The translations under genes and the position numbers were made by a program. Positions 21,439 to 32,000 of a DNA stretch of 32,000 nucleotides are shown piece by piece. Source of the DNA: Buchnera aphidicola str. APS (Acyrthosiphon pisum) (GTDB lineage Bacteria; Pseudomonadota; Gammaproteobacteria; Enterobacterales; Enterobacteriaceae); the NCBI RefSeq assembly GCF_000009605.1, contig NC_002528.1:608682-640681 (forward strand), read 5' to 3'. Within the stretch, counting starts at the first letter, position 1, and each line of letters opens with the position of its first letter. The notes beneath the pieces are model-generated. The model saw only the letters and a program-made list of their open reading frames with translations, made no database searches and was not told the origin of the DNA.

Positions 21439-22911
21439 TTATTTTGCAACTGTTATTGCTTTCATTTTTTTCATATAGTTTCTTAATGTGCATCCGATAA
21501 TTTCTATAGGATGATTCTGTATTTTTTGATTTATCCTATAAAGTTCAATATTATTTACTGATTGATGAGATAATGCGCAACCAAGATCACTTTTGTTGAG
21601 AGTAGATATAAATTCTTTTAAAATAGGATATGCAGATTCAGAAAAAAGATAGCTACCATATTCAGCAGTATCTGAAATAACTTTATTCATCTCATATAAT
21701 TTTTTTCTTGCAATAGTATTGGCAATCAATGGAAGTTCATGTAAGGATTCATAATAAGCTGATTCTTCTTTGATACCCGTTTCAATCATTTTTTCAAAAG
21801 ATAATTCGATACCAGATTTTAATATTGCGATCATGAGTATACCGTGATCATAATATTCTTGTTCTGGTATTTTTTCATTATAAACAGGAGCAGTTTCAAA
21901 AGATGTATTTTTAGTTTTATATCGCCAATTCAATAACTTTAAATCCTGATTTTCCCAATCTTTCATCATTTCATTAGAAAATTCTCCAGAAATAATATCA
22001 TCCATGTGTTTTTGAAAGAGTGGAGATAGTATTTTTTTAATTTCTTTAGAAAGTTTATAGGCTCTTATTTTTGAGGAATTAGATAATCTATCCATCATTA
22101 AGGTGATACCTCCATGTTTAAGAGACTCCGTAATAGTTTCCCATCCATTTTGTATTAATTTTGCCGAATATGCTGGATTACATTTTTCTGTAATCAACTT
22201 TTCATAGCATAATAATGATGCTGTTTGAAGCATACCACATAAAATTGTTTGTTCACCCATTAAATCTGATTTTACTTCAGCTATAAATGACGATTCGAGC
22301 ACACCTGCGCGATGCCCTCCAGTAGAAAAAGCCCAAGCTTTTGCAACTTCTAATCCTATTTTATTAATATCGTTTTCATGGTGAACGGCAATTAATGTGG
22401 GTACTCCAAATCCTCTTTTATATTCTTCTCGTACTTCTGTTCCTGGACATTTTGGCGCTACCATAATAACAGTGATATCTTTTCGTATTTTTTCTCCAAA
22501 TTCTACAATATTAAAACCATGAGAATATCCTAAAACAGCGTTTTTTTTCATTAATTTTTGTAATTTTTTAATGACACTATGATGTTGTTTATCCGGAGTT
22601 AAATTAATTACTAAATCAGCATCGGGTATTAATGCATCATAGTCGTCTACTTTAAAATTATTCTCAATAGCATTAATCCAAGATTGATTTTTATTGGCAA
22701 TACTATTTTTTTTTAACGCATAGGAAATATTTAATCCAGCGTCTCTCATATTTAGTCCTTGATTTAAACCTTGAGCACCACAACCAACAATAACTATATT
22801 CTTATTTTTTAATATATCATTTTTTTTGTTAAATTCTTCTTTTTTCATGAAACGACATTTATTTATTTGATTAATTTTTTGAGTAAAATTTAGTGTATTA
22901 AAATAATTCAT
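21439..22911 (-). CDS. ilvC: ketol-acid reductoisomerase
   Basis: [60 protein letters not shown]; 490 aa, long enterobacterial form. Confidence 0.98.
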   Translation of the reverse strand: MNYFNTLNFTQKINQINKCRFMKKEEFNKKNDILKNKNIVIVGCGAQGLNQGLNMRDAGLNISYALKKNSIANKNQSWINAIENNFKVDDYDALIPDADLVINLTPDKQHHSVIKKLQKLMKKNAVLGYSHGFNIVEFGEKIRKDITVIMVAPKCPGTEVREEYKRGFGVPTLIAVHHENDINKIGLEVAKAWAFSTGGHRAGVLESSFIAEVKSDLMGEQTILCGMLQTASLLCYEKLITEKCNPAYSAKLIQNGWETITESLKHGGITLMMDRLSNSSKIRAYKLSKEIKKILSPLFQKHMDDIISGEFSNEMMKDWENQDLKLLNWRYKTKNTSFETAPVYNEKIPEQEYYDHGILMIAILKSGIELSFEKMIETGIKEESAYYESLHELPLIANTIARKKLYEMNKVISDTAEYGSYLFSESAYPILKEFISTLNKSDLGCALSHQSVNNIELYRINQKIQNHPIEIIGCTLRNYMKKMKAITVAK

Positions 22912-22958
22912 AATAAAAATTCCTATGTTTTAAAAATATATTTTAAACTAGTAATATA

Positions 22959-24812
22959 TTAAATATTAGATATTTTTTTGTAATCTCTAACTGCTCCTTG
23001 ATCAGCACTAGTTGAAAAGAAAGCATATGCTTTTAAAGCAGAAGAAATATATCTTTTACGACTATGGGGTTTATAAGATAAAGGTCCCTTTGATTCTTCT
23101 TGAAGAATACGATGAGAGAGTTCTTTTTCTGTTATGTTTAAATGGATGGTTCTTTCAGGAATATTTATATTAATAATATCACCATTTTTTACCAAGGCAA
23201 TTATTCCTTTATTTGCAGCTTCAGGTGAAATGTGTCCTATAGAAATACCTGATGTACCTCCGGAAAATCTACCATCAGTAATTAATGCACATGTTTTATC
23301 TAAATTCATAGATTTTAAATATGTAGTTGGATATAACATTTCTTGCATTCCTGGTCCCCCTTTCGGACCTTCGTAACGAATGACAATAATATCACCTGAA
23401 ATTATTTCACCATTTAAAATACTACTGGCTGCTTCTTCTTGACTTTCATATACTTTAGCAACTCCAGAAAAAATATAATTCTTTGCATCTATTCCAGCAG
23501 TTTTAATTATACAGCCATTTTTCGCTAAATTTCCATATAAAATAGCTAACCCTCCATCTTGACTGTAAGCATGTTTACAAGATCGAATACAACCGTTTTT
23601 TCGATCATAATCTAATCTTGTCCATCTAAAATTCTGAGAATATGCTTTTGTTGTACGAATACCACCAGGTCCTGCTTGAAACATATTTATAACATCAGGA
23701 TTATTTGTAGAAAAAATATCGTATTCATCTAATGTTTCTTCTAAATTTAATTGTAGTATGTTTCTTGTATTTTTATGAAGCAAATTAAAACGATTCAATT
23801 CTCCTAGAATACCCATAACACCTCCTGCACGATGAACATCTTCTACATGATAAAGTGAAGTACTTGGTGCAACTTTACAGATATGAGGTATCTTTTTAGA
23901 TAACTTATTGATATTAGACATTTTAAAGTCAACTTTTGCTTCTTGAGCTGCTGCTAATAAATGAAGAATAGTGTTAGTTGAACCTCCCATTGCAATGTCC
24001 AACATCATTGCATTTTCGAAAGACTCTTTATTAGCAATATTTCTTGGTAAAACATTTGTATTATTTTTTTTATAGTAATCTTCGGTAATTTTTACTATAA
24101 TTTGAGCTGATTTGATAAATAAATTTTTGCGATCAATATGAGTAGCTAATAGTGTGCCGTTTCCAGGTAGAGCCAAACCTATTGCTTCTGTTAAGCAATT
24201 CATAGAATTAGCTGTGAACATACCTGAACACGATCCGCATGTAGGACAAGCTGAAGCCTCAATATCTTTGATAAAATCATCTGATATATGAGATTTTCCT
24301 CCATTAATAATAGCATCAACTAAATCAATTTTTATTGTTTTATTATTTTTTTGTATTTTACCAGCTTCCATTGGTCCACCAGAAATAAAAACTGATGGTA
24401 TATTTAAACGCAAAGACGCCATTAGCATCCCGGGTGTTATTTTATCACAATTTGAAATACAAATCATTGCATCAGCACAATGTGCATTAACTACATATTC
24501 TATAGAATCAGCAATTAATTCACGTGATGGCAAGGAATATAACATTCCAGAGTGTCCCATAGCTATTCCATCATCTATTGCAATAGTATTAAATTCTTTT
24601 GCAACTCCGCCTGATTTTTGAATTTCCCCGCAAATAAGTTTACCAACTTCCTGTAAGTGAATATGTCCTGGAACAAATTGAGAAAACGAATTTACTACTG
24701 CAATAATTGGTTTTGTAAAATCTTTCTCAGTCATACCTGTAGCACGCCATAGTGATCTTGCTCCAGACATATTTCTACCCTGAGTAGTTGTGAAAGAACG
24801 ATATTTAGGCAT
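22959..24812 (-). CDS. ilvD: dihydroxy-acid dehydratase
   Basis: [77 protein letters not shown]. Start placed at the ATG at 24812, not the upstream TTG at 24827. Confidence 0.98.
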   Translation of the reverse strand: MPKYRSFTTTQGRNMSGARSLWRATGMTEKDFTKPIIAVVNSFSQFVPGHIHLQEVGKLICGEIQKSGGVAKEFNTIAIDDGIAMGHSGMLYSLPSRELIADSIEYVVNAHCADAMICISNCDKITPGMLMASLRLNIPSVFISGGPMEAGKIQKNNKTIKIDLVDAIINGGKSHISDDFIKDIEASACPTCGSCSGMFTANSMNCLTEAIGLALPGNGTLLATHIDRKNLFIKSAQIIVKITEDYYKKNNTNVLPRNIANKESFENAMMLDIAMGGSTNTILHLLAAAQEAKVDFKMSNINKLSKKIPHICKVAPSTSLYHVEDVHRAGGVMGILGELNRFNLLHKNTRNILQLNLEETLDEYDIFSTNNPDVINMFQAGPGGIRTTKAYSQNFRWTRLDYDRKNGCIRSCKHAYSQDGGLAILYGNLAKNGCIIKTAGIDAKNYIFSGVAKVYESQEEAASSILNGEIISGDIIVIRYEGPKGGPGMQEMLYPTTYLKSMNLDKTCALITDGRFSGGTSGISIGHISPEAANKGIIALVKNGDIININIPERTIHLNITEKELSHRILQEESKGPLSYKPHSRKRYISSALKAYAFFSTSADQGAVRDYKKISNI

Positions 24813-25054
24813 TTTAGAGAACTCCAAAAATAAAAATTTTACAAAAACTATTTAATATGAATGATATTATAAAAAGTTTGTATTTGAATAAATTTTTTAT
24901 TTTTATTGTAATAGAAAATTTTTATTGGAAATATATATTTTTTTAGAAATTAGCATTAAGAAGAAGTAGGAATTATATTATTTATATAATAGTGATATTG
25001 ATTTATTTTGTAATAATAATGATTATTAAAAAATTTTCAATTGGTGAATTTTTT

Positions 25055-25128
25055 CAGGGGTGGAAGGATTTGAACCTACAACTTTCGGTTTTGGAGACCG
25101 ATGCTCTACCAAATTGAACTACACCCCT
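25055..25128 (-). tRNA. tRNA-Trp(CCA anticodon), 3' CCA not encoded
   Basis: Minus strand AGGGGTGTAGTTCAATTTGGTAGAGCATCGGTCTCCAAAACCGAAAGTTGTAGGTTCAAATCCTTCCACCCCTG followed by AAAAA. Confidence 0.95.
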
Positions 25129-25298
25129 AATAATTATAAATTATTATCAATTATGATTATATTATTAATATAAATAAAAGTCTAGTGTGTATTTTAAAAT
25201 TTCTAAAAAAATTAAATTTTAGTAATTTTTAGAACTAAAATTTTATTAAAATGTTAGAATATATCTTTTAAAATATTATTGAAAGGTAAATTTTTATT

Positions 25299-26513
25299 AT
25301 GAAAACTCCTATTTATTTAGATTACGCAGCAACTACACCAGTAGAGTTTGAAGTTGCAAAAAAGATGATGAATTATTTAACAATCGATGGAGTATTTGGA
25401 AATTCAGCATCACGTTCTCATAAATTTGGTTGGAAGGCGGAAGAAGTTGTTGATATTGCACGCAATCAAATATCTGAATTAATTGGAGCAGATTCACGTG
25501 AAATTGTTTTTACTTCCGGTGCCACTGAATCTAATAATTTAGCTATAAAAGGTATAGCTAGCTTTCACCAGAATAAAGGAAAGCATATTGTTACTAGTAA
25601 AACAGAACATAAATCTGTTTTAGATACCTGCAGGTATTTGGAAAATAAAGGATTTACTGTAACTTATCTTACACCCAAAAATAATGGTATTATTGATTTA
25701 AATAATTTAAAAAAAAACATAAAGAAAGACACTATTCTAGTTTCTATAATGCACGTAAATAATGAAATTGGTATTATACAAGACATTAATAGTATATCGC
25801 AAATCTGTCGAAATCATGGTGTTTTTTTTCATGTAGACGCAACTCAAAGTGTAGGTAAAATACCAATTGATCTAAAAAAAATACCTATAGATTTAATGTC
25901 TTTTTCTGCACATAAAATTTATGGGCCAAAGGGAATTGGTGGCTTATATGTTCGTCGAAAACCACGTGTACGATTATTATCTTTAATACATGGAGGCGGT
26001 CATGAAAGAGGGATGCGTTCAGGAACTTTACCGGTTCATCAAATTGTAGGCATGGGCGAATCATTTGTATTGGCTAAAAGAAAAATACATGACGATTTTA
26101 TTCATTTAACAAAATTAAAAAATATTCTTTGGAATGGCATTAAAAATATTGAAGAGGTATATTTGAATAGTGATTTACAACAAGGTGCACCTCATATATT
26201 GAATGTTAGTTTTAATTATGTTGAAGGTGAATCATTGATTATGGCTCTTAAAGATTTGGCTATTTCTTCCGGTTCTGCTTGTACTTCTGCTAGCTTAGAA
26301 CCCTCTTATGTTCTAAAATCTTTAGGAATTAGAGATGAATTAGCTCATAGTTCAATTCGTTTTTCTATTGGAAGGTTTACTACAGAAAAAGAGATTATAC
26401 ATGCAATAAAGTTAGTTCACAAATCTATTCATAGATTACGTGAACTTTCTCCTTTATGGGAAATGTTTAAATCAGGAGTTGATTTAAATAGTATTGAATG
26501 GGATCATGTTTAG
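25299..26513 (+). CDS. iscS: cysteine desulfurase IscS
   Basis: [69 protein letters not shown]; 404 aa. Confidence 0.99.
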
Positions 26514-26543
26514 ACAAAATAATTAATACAAGGTAATTTAACA

Positions 26544-26927
26544 ATGGCTTATAGTAAAAAAGTAATGGATCATTATGAAAATCCACGTAATGTGGGATCT
26601 TTTTCTAGTACTGATCTTAATGTAGGTAGTGGGTTAGTAGGTGCGCCTGCTTGTGGTGATGTAATGAAATTACAAATAAAAGTTAATGAAAAAGGTATTA
26701 TTGAAGATGCTTGTTTTAAAACATATGGTTGTGGTTCTGCTATAGCATCAAGTTCATTAGTTACTGAATGGGTAAAGGGCAAATCTATAGAAGAAGCCGA
26801 ATCAATCAAAAATACTACTATAGTTGAAGAATTAGATCTACCTCCAGTAAAAATTCACTGTTCTATTTTAGCAGAAGATGCAATTAAAGCAGCTATTTCT
26901 GATTATAAGAGAAAAAAAATAAATTAA
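26544..26927 (+). CDS. iscU: Fe-S cluster assembly scaffold IscU
   Basis: MAYSKKVMDHYENPRNVGSF, GAPACGDVMKLQIKV, YGCGSAIASSSLVTEW, KIHCSILAEDAIKAAI. Confidence 0.99.
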   Translation: MAYSKKVMDHYENPRNVGSFSSTDLNVGSGLVGAPACGDVMKLQIKVNEKGIIEDACFKTYGCGSAIASSSLVTEWVKGKSIEEAESIKNTTIVEELDLPPVKIHCSILAEDAIKAAISDYKRKKIN

Positions 26928-26943
26928 CTTTATAATTATTTGG

Positions 26944-26969
26944 TGTTGAAAGAATATTTTCTTTCAACA
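26944..26969. terminator. hairpin between iscU and hscB
   Basis: 11-bp inverted repeat tgttgaaagaa / ttctttcaaca with loop tatt, followed by an A/T-rich tract. Confidence 0.6.
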
Positions 26970-27021
26970 TATTATATTTTATTTTTACACCTTATATTAT
27001 TGAATTTGATTTAGGTGACTT

Positions 27022-27546
27022 ATGAATTATTTTACTTTATTTGATTTGCCTAGAAAATTTAACATTGACAAAAAATTACTTTCTCAAAATTTTTACAAAC
27101 TACAATTAAAATTTCATCCAGATTTATTTATAAATGATTCTGAATCTAAAAAAAAAATAATTCTAGAAAAATCAATACAAATTAATAAAGGTTATAAAAC
27201 CTTAAAGAATTTTTTAAATCGAGCAATATATTTTCTTTGTCTAAATGGTTATGAAGTAAAAAAAGAAACTCTTTTATTAAAAAATAATGATTTTTTAATT
27301 AGATATTTTTCTTTATATGAACAATTAGATAATTTAAAAGAGAATAATTTTAATAAAAAAGAATTGAACAATCTCGAACAAATAATACAAAAAAAAATTA
27401 TATATTGCAAAAAAAAAATAGAATTAGAGTTTGAAAAAACAAGATATAAAAAAGTCATTAAAATAATTTCAGAATTACTTTTTTTTGAAAAAATAAAAGA
27501 CGTTTTGAAAAAAGAATACAATATATATTTAAGCCAAATAAATTAG
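27022..27546 (+). CDS. hscB: co-chaperone protein HscB
   Basis: MNYFTLFDLPRKFNIDKKLLSQNFYKLQLKFHPDLF; J-domain HPD motif; immediately upstream of hscA. Confidence 0.93.
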   Translation: MNYFTLFDLPRKFNIDKKLLSQNFYKLQLKFHPDLFINDSESKKKIILEKSIQINKGYKTLKNFLNRAIYFLCLNGYEVKKETLLLKNNDFLIRYFSLYEQLDNLKENNFNKKELNNLEQIIQKKIIYCKKKIELEFEKTRYKKVIKIISELLFFEKIKDVLKKEYNIYLSQIN

Positions 27547-27557
27547 GATATTTTTAT

Positions 27558-29393
27558 ATGATTTTTTTTAAAAAAAAACACGATAAAAAATTATTATTAG
27601 GTATTGATTTAGGTACGACTTATTCTTTGGCTGCTACAGTACGAGAAAAAAGTGTGATTTTATTGCTAGATAAAAAAAAACGTTATTTATTACCATCAGT
27701 TGTTCATTATAAGAAAAATAAAATATCAGTTGGTTGGAAAGCCCTAGAAAATATTACTGAAGATCCTACTAATACGATTAGTTCTGTTAAACGTTTATTA
27801 GGTCGTTCTATTAATTTTGTTAAAAAAAAATTTCCTATCCTTCCATATTTAATAGAAAAAGACATCCATGAAGGAATTTTTTTTCGTACAAATTTTGGTA
27901 ATATTACTCCTATTGATGTTTCTAGTCATATATTAAAAAAATTAAAAAAAAGAGCGGTTTTATTATTTAATCAAGAAATAGATGCAAGTGTTATTACAGT
28001 TCCTGCATATTTTAATGATTTTCAAAAAAAAGAAACCAAAAAAGCCGCTGTTTTATCCGGAATAAATTTAATAAGATTATTAAATGAACCTACTGCAGCA
28101 GCTGTAGCATATGGTTTGCAAAAACTAAAAAAAGGAATCGTTCTTGTATATGACTTAGGTGGTGGTACTTTTGATGTATCTATATTAAATTTAAATAAGG
28201 GAATATTTGAAGTATTAGCTACTAGTGGAGATTCTAATCTAGGTGGTGATGATTTTGATGATGCTTTAGCAAAGAATATCTATAAAAAATCAAATTTACA
28301 AAATAGATGCAATGATTTTTTCCAAACTTCTTTGCTTCAAATTGCAAAGTCAACAAAATTAAAATTAACAAAATATGAAAAAGTTGAAGTTCATTTTTTT
28401 GATTGGAAAGGTTACATTACTCGTGAAGAATTTAATTTAATTATCATTGATTTTATAAAAAAAACTTTATTCATTTGCTCTGATCTTCTTGAAGAAATCA
28501 ATTTATCAGTTGAACAAATTAAAGAGGTGATCATGGTAGGAGGGTCTACTCGTATCCCACTAGTTCATACGGAAGTTTCAAAATTTTTCAAGAAAGATCT
28601 ATTGAAATCGATTAATCCCGATCAAGTTGTGGCAATAGGTGCTGCTATGCATGTTGATATGCTTTTTAGTAGCAAAAATAATACTAAAAATAAAGTTATA
28701 TTGTTAGATGTAATGCCGCTTTCATTAGGTATTGAAGTTATGGGGGGGTTTGTTGAAAAAATTATTTTTCGAAATACTTCACTTCCTATTTCAAAAACGA
28801 AAGAGTTTACTACTTATAAAGATAATCAAACATCGATTCTTATACATATTGTACAAGGAGAAAGAGAATTAGTAAAAGACTGTATTTCATTGTCTCGTTT
28901 TGTTTTAAGAGATATTAAACCACAAAAAGCTGGATTAGTAAGAATTTTAGTTACATTTCAAGTTGATACAGATGGACTAATCCATGTAAAGATTTTAGAA
29001 AATTATAGCAGTAAAGAAAAAAAAATTATTATTGATAATAATATTACATTAAAAAATTTAAATATTTCTCAAATATTGAAAGATTCATTAAAACATTCAA
29101 AAGATGACTATTATTTTAGAGTAAAAGAAGAAAAAAAAATCGAATGTGTTCGTACTTTAGAAATTTTAAACAAATCTTTAAAAAAACATTTAAAATTAAT
29201 TAGTAAAAAAGAACTGAAAAAAATAAAATATACACAAGAAAAACTACAAAAATCTATACAAGAAGATGACTATTTTTCTATGAAAAATAATTTACAAAAA
29301 TTAGATGAAGTAAGTAAAAATTTTTTTTCGTTACAATTAAAAAATGCCATTGATTGCTCTTCCATTAAAAATATTTTAAAAGAGAACATATAA
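27558..29393 (+). CDS. hscA: Hsp70-family chaperone HscA
   Basis: [57 protein letters not shown]; 611 aa. Confidence 0.97.
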   Translation: MIFFKKKHDKKLLLGIDLGTTYSLAATVREKSVILLLDKKKRYLLPSVVHYKKNKISVGWKALENITEDPTNTISSVKRLLGRSINFVKKKFPILPYLIEKDIHEGIFFRTNFGNITPIDVSSHILKKLKKRAVLLFNQEIDASVITVPAYFNDFQKKETKKAAVLSGINLIRLLNEPTAAAVAYGLQKLKKGIVLVYDLGGGTFDVSILNLNKGIFEVLATSGDSNLGGDDFDDALAKNIYKKSNLQNRCNDFFQTSLLQIAKSTKLKLTKYEKVEVHFFDWKGYITREEFNLIIIDFIKKTLFICSDLLEEINLSVEQIKEVIMVGGSTRIPLVHTEVSKFFKKDLLKSINPDQVVAIGAAMHVDMLFSSKNNTKNKVILLDVMPLSLGIEVMGGFVEKIIFRNTSLPISKTKEFTTYKDNQTSILIHIVQGERELVKDCISLSRFVLRDIKPQKAGLVRILVTFQVDTDGLIHVKILENYSSKEKKIIIDNNITLKNLNISQILKDSLKHSKDDYYFRVKEEKKIECVRTLEILNKSLKKHLKLISKKELKKIKYTQEKLQKSIQEDDYFSMKNNLQKLDEVSKNFFSLQLKNAIDCSSIKNILKENI

Positions 29394-29728
29394 TGCCTAA
29401 AGTTTTATTTTTACCTCATAAAATTCTATTACCCAAGAGTATTGAATGTGAAGCACAAACAGGAGAAACAATATTAACTGTAGCATTACGGAATAATATT
29501 AAATTAGAACACGCATGCGAACAATCATGCGCTTGTAGTACATGTCACTGTATCATAAAAAAAGGATTTTTTTCTCTTTCAGGATGGTCTGAAAAAGAAG
29601 ATGATATTTTAGATAAAGCTTGGGGTCTTCAATCTGAAAGTCGTTTGAGTTGCCAAGCTGTTATTGGAAAGAGTGATATTGAGGTAGAAATTCCTCTATA
29701 TAATTTAAATTATACTGTAGAGTACTAA
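29393..29728 (+). CDS. fdx: 2Fe-2S ferredoxin (ISC type)
   Basis: [18 protein letters not shown] ... LSCQAVI gives the Cys ligands of ISC ferredoxin; ATG overlaps the hscA TAA. Confidence 0.97.
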
Positions 29729-31086
29729 TTTTTATTTTTAACGTAAGGATTTTCATTATCTTTAAACTGTATTTGAATGGGGGTACCTTTTATCTTAAGA
29801 GTTTTGTAGAAAAAATTTATCAAATATCGTTTATAAGGTAAAGATAAATATTTAACTTGATTGCCATGTATAATAATTTTAGGTGGATTAGAACTGCCCA
29901 AATGTGCATATTTTAATTTTATTCGACGTCCTTTTATAATTGGTGGTTGATGTTTTTTAATTGCTATATGCATGGTTTTTATAAGCGTTGATGTGCTAAT
30001 CTTTCTTTTAGAATCTTCATAAGATTCTTTGATAGATTTAAATAATTGAAATATCCCTTTTTTATATAATGCTGATATAAAGTGTATTTTTGAAAAATAA
30101 AGAAATTTTAATTTACTTTTAATAAGTTCTTTTATTTTTTTCAATTCTACTGAATTAAATAGATCACATTTATTTACTACTACAACAATTCCCTTTCCAG
30201 AATGAATAATAAAGTCAGCTAATGATAAATCTTGATGACATGTTTGAAGACTTGCATCTATTATTAACAATATTACATTTGATTTTTCAATAGTTTGAAG
30301 TGTTTTAATGATTGAAAATCTTTGAAAATCATTAATTTTTTTCTTTTTTTTAGATGCTCCTGCAGTATCAATTAAAGTATAATTTTCGTAATTATATTTA
30401 ATAGGTGTTGATATACTATCTAATGTTGTACCAGGGGTATTAGACGTAATCATTCTTTCTTCTTTTAATATTCCATTTATTAAAGTAGATTTTCCAACAT
30501 TTGGTCGACCAATAAAAGCTACTTTTATTGCTATTTTTTTTAATTCCGTGTCTTTATATAGATTTTCTGTGATTTTTTTTTTAAATTTTTCACTTATCCA
30601 AGGAATTAAGTATCTGTTTATAAGAGTATTTATTCCTTGATTATGACTAGCAGAAATTTTTTGGATTTTTTCAAATCCTAAAGAATAAAATTCATTAATT
30701 TTAGATGCTTCGTTAATGCCATCTATTTTATTAATTACTAGAATGGTTTTTTTTTGATATTTTCTTATATTTTTAGAAATTTCGTATTCTTGAGGCATTA
30801 ATCCGTCACGAGCGTTTACTAAAAATAAAATTAAATGAGCTTCTTTTATAGCTATTAATGTCTGTGCCTGTGCTTGTTTTTCTATTTCGTTTAATTTGAT
30901 ATCCAAACCTGCCGTGTCAATTAAAATGATTTTTTTATTCGATTGTAATTTGCAATATCCATATTGTCTATCTCTAGTAATACCCGGGTAATTAGCTACC
31001 AATGCATCTCTAGTTTTTGTTAAGACGTTAAATAAAGTGGATTTTCCTACGTTAGTACGACCGATTAATACAATGATAGGTATCAT
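29725..31086 (-). CDS. der: GTPase Der (EngA), tandem GTPase domains
   Basis: Two G1 motifs [14 protein letters not shown] and [14 protein letters not shown]; DTAGLD and [10 protein letters not shown]; 453 aa. Confidence 0.98.
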   Translation of the reverse strand: MIPIIVLIGRTNVGKSTLFNVLTKTRDALVANYPGITRDRQYGYCKLQSNKKIILIDTAGLDIKLNEIEKQAQAQTLIAIKEAHLILFLVNARDGLMPQEYEISKNIRKYQKKTILVINKIDGINEASKINEFYSLGFEKIQKISASHNQGINTLINRYLIPWISEKFKKKITENLYKDTELKKIAIKVAFIGRPNVGKSTLINGILKEERMITSNTPGTTLDSISTPIKYNYENYTLIDTAGASKKKKKINDFQRFSIIKTLQTIEKSNVILLIIDASLQTCHQDLSLADFIIHSGKGIVVVVNKCDLFNSVELKKIKELIKSKLKFLYFSKIHFISALYKKGIFQLFKSIKESYEDSKRKISTSTLIKTMHIAIKKHQPPIIKGRRIKLKYAHLGSSNPPKIIIHGNQVKYLSLPYKRYLINFFYKTLKIKGTPIQIQFKDNENPYVKNKN

Positions 31087-31178
31087 GTTTAATACACACC
31101 TTTATTTTTTTGATAATTTTATTTTTTATAGATGAATTTAATATTTTTCATGTTTGCATTTATTTTTTCTATATTAAA

Positions 31179-31760
31179 TTAATTTTGTTCTTTTAATTCA
31201 TTAAGTTTCATATTAATAATTTCTTTAGATGCATTAGAATCTTCAATAAAAAGACTTTTTTTCCAAGATTTTATTGCTTCTTTTTTATTGTTTATATTAA
31301 TAAATATATCACCTTTCATGTGTTCAATTATATTCTTCCAATTATGGTTTTGAATTGTCTCAAGAATATTCATTGCTTTATTGTTTTCATTTTTTTGTAT
31401 TTGTATTTTTGCTATGTTTATTTTCAAAAGGTTCTTTAAATTTTCTTCTTTGGTATATTTTAAACTATTATTTAATTGCAGCAAGGCCTTATCTAGATTA
31501 TTACATTCAACATATTTTTTTGCTAAAGATAAAGCTGTTAAAGTCCCATAAATACTAGTATTTTGAACGATAAAATTTTCTACTTCATATAAATTTTTAG
31601 ATTTTTTTTTGTTTATTTTTTTTATAATTTTTTCATATTTTAATGATTCTAAATTTTCCTTATTAACTAAAGAAAAATACTTCCAATTAAATAAAATAAG
31701 ACTAATGATAAGAAAAAATAAAATAAAGAAAATAATATTTTTTTTCGATATATTAAGCAT
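31179..31760 (-). CDS. yfgM: YfgM family membrane-anchored tetratricopeptide-like protein
   Basis: Single N-terminal TM IIFFILFFLIISLILF; STSIYGTLTALSLAKKYVECNNLDKALLQLNNSL...ENLKNLLKINIAKIQIQ...GDIFININNKKEAIKSWKKSL matches E. coli YfgM; next to der. ATG start at 31760 preferred over TTG at 31817. Confidence 0.88.
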   Translation of the reverse strand: MLNISKKNIIFFILFFLIISLILFNWKYFSLVNKENLESLKYEKIIKKINKKKSKNLYEVENFIVQNTSIYGTLTALSLAKKYVECNNLDKALLQLNNSLKYTKEENLKNLLKINIAKIQIQKNENNKAMNILETIQNHNWKNIIEHMKGDIFININNKKEAIKSWKKSLFIEDSNASKEIINMKLNELKEQN

Positions 31761-31817
31761 TTTTATCTCTATTAAGTTCAGGTGATTTTTTAATTTAAAA
31801 ATGTAGTTATTTTGCAA

Positions 31818-32000
31818 TTCAATTTGTGATCAGAAATGTTTTTTTCACCATGAATGCAATAAGCGTCTTTAATATTACAAATATTCAGTTTAATTAACTC
31901 TAAAATAATAACATATAAAAAAGTTATCCGTATGAAAATCACTAATTGTACACAGTTAATTAATAGAATAAGTTCTTTTATAATCAATGCTTCAGACTAC
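31818..32000. other. non-coding A/T-rich region, possibly the left flank of the chromosomal replication-origin/mnmG upstream region
   Basis: Follows divergent yfgM; contains DnaA-box-like ttatccgta (31925-31933) and ttgtacaca (31947-31955). Placement next to mnmG relies on remembered Buchnera gene order. Confidence 0.4.

Noticed and set aside
23134-23376. 80-aa plus-strand ORF inside ilvD
   Set aside because: Antisense shadow ORF of a conserved enzyme gene.
26573-26809. 78-aa minus-strand ORF inside iscU
   Set aside because: Antisense shadow ORF.
27249-27521. 90-aa minus-strand Phe/Ser-rich ORF inside hscB
   Set aside because: Reverse complement of Lys/Glu/Asn-rich hscB coding sequence, so composition explains it.
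31355-31558. 67-aa plus-strand ORF inside yfgM
   Set aside because: Antisense, hydrophobic through base composition only.
31790-31987. 65-aa minus-strand ORF upstream of yfgM (MIIKELILLINCVQLVIFIR...)
   Set aside because: No recognisable homology, overlaps the yfgM upstream region, and is typical of random ORFs in AT-rich DNA; kept only as non-coding/possible ori flank.
1-32000. Search for CRISPR arrays, insertion sequences, phage, toxin-antitoxin or defence genes
   Set aside because: No direct repeat-spacer pattern, transposase, integrase or paired toxin/antitoxin-like ORFs were seen; all substantial ORFs but one match ancestral enterobacterial housekeeping genes.

Overview
The gene content, order and extreme A+T bias identify this window as chromosomal DNA of Buchnera aphidicola (the aphid endosymbiont). 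It is a compact, collinear, degenerate enterobacterial backbone with no mobile elements, CRISPR arrays, prophage or plasmid functions visible. Gene order: pgi(partial) - orn - tRNA-Gly - amiB - rpmE - small ftsN-like ORF - hslVU - ibpA - fpr - epmA - coaD - a lineage-restricted split gene of unknown function - rsmJ - pit - ynfM-like MFS - dapF - cyaY - hemCD - tRNA-Pro/His/Arg - rho - trxA - rep - ilvC - ilvD - tRNA-Trp - iscSU - hscBA - fdx - der - yfgM. From memory of Buchnera gene order, the right end of the window probably lies next to mnmG/gidA and the replication-origin region. I did not find a convincing new multi-gene system. The observations most worth following up are: (1) an 85-aa mini-FtsN that keeps the transmembrane helix and essential peptide but has no SPOR domain; (2) a ~477-aa protein of unknown function split by an A9 tract at 9614-9622; (3) hemD split at an A9 tract; (4) an amiB signal-peptide ORF separated from its amidase domain by a one-base frame offset near A7/T9 tracts; (5) a sigma-32-like ibpA promoter with an A11 spacer, a known heat-tolerance switch in Buchnera; (6) possible DnaA-box-like motifs at the right end.
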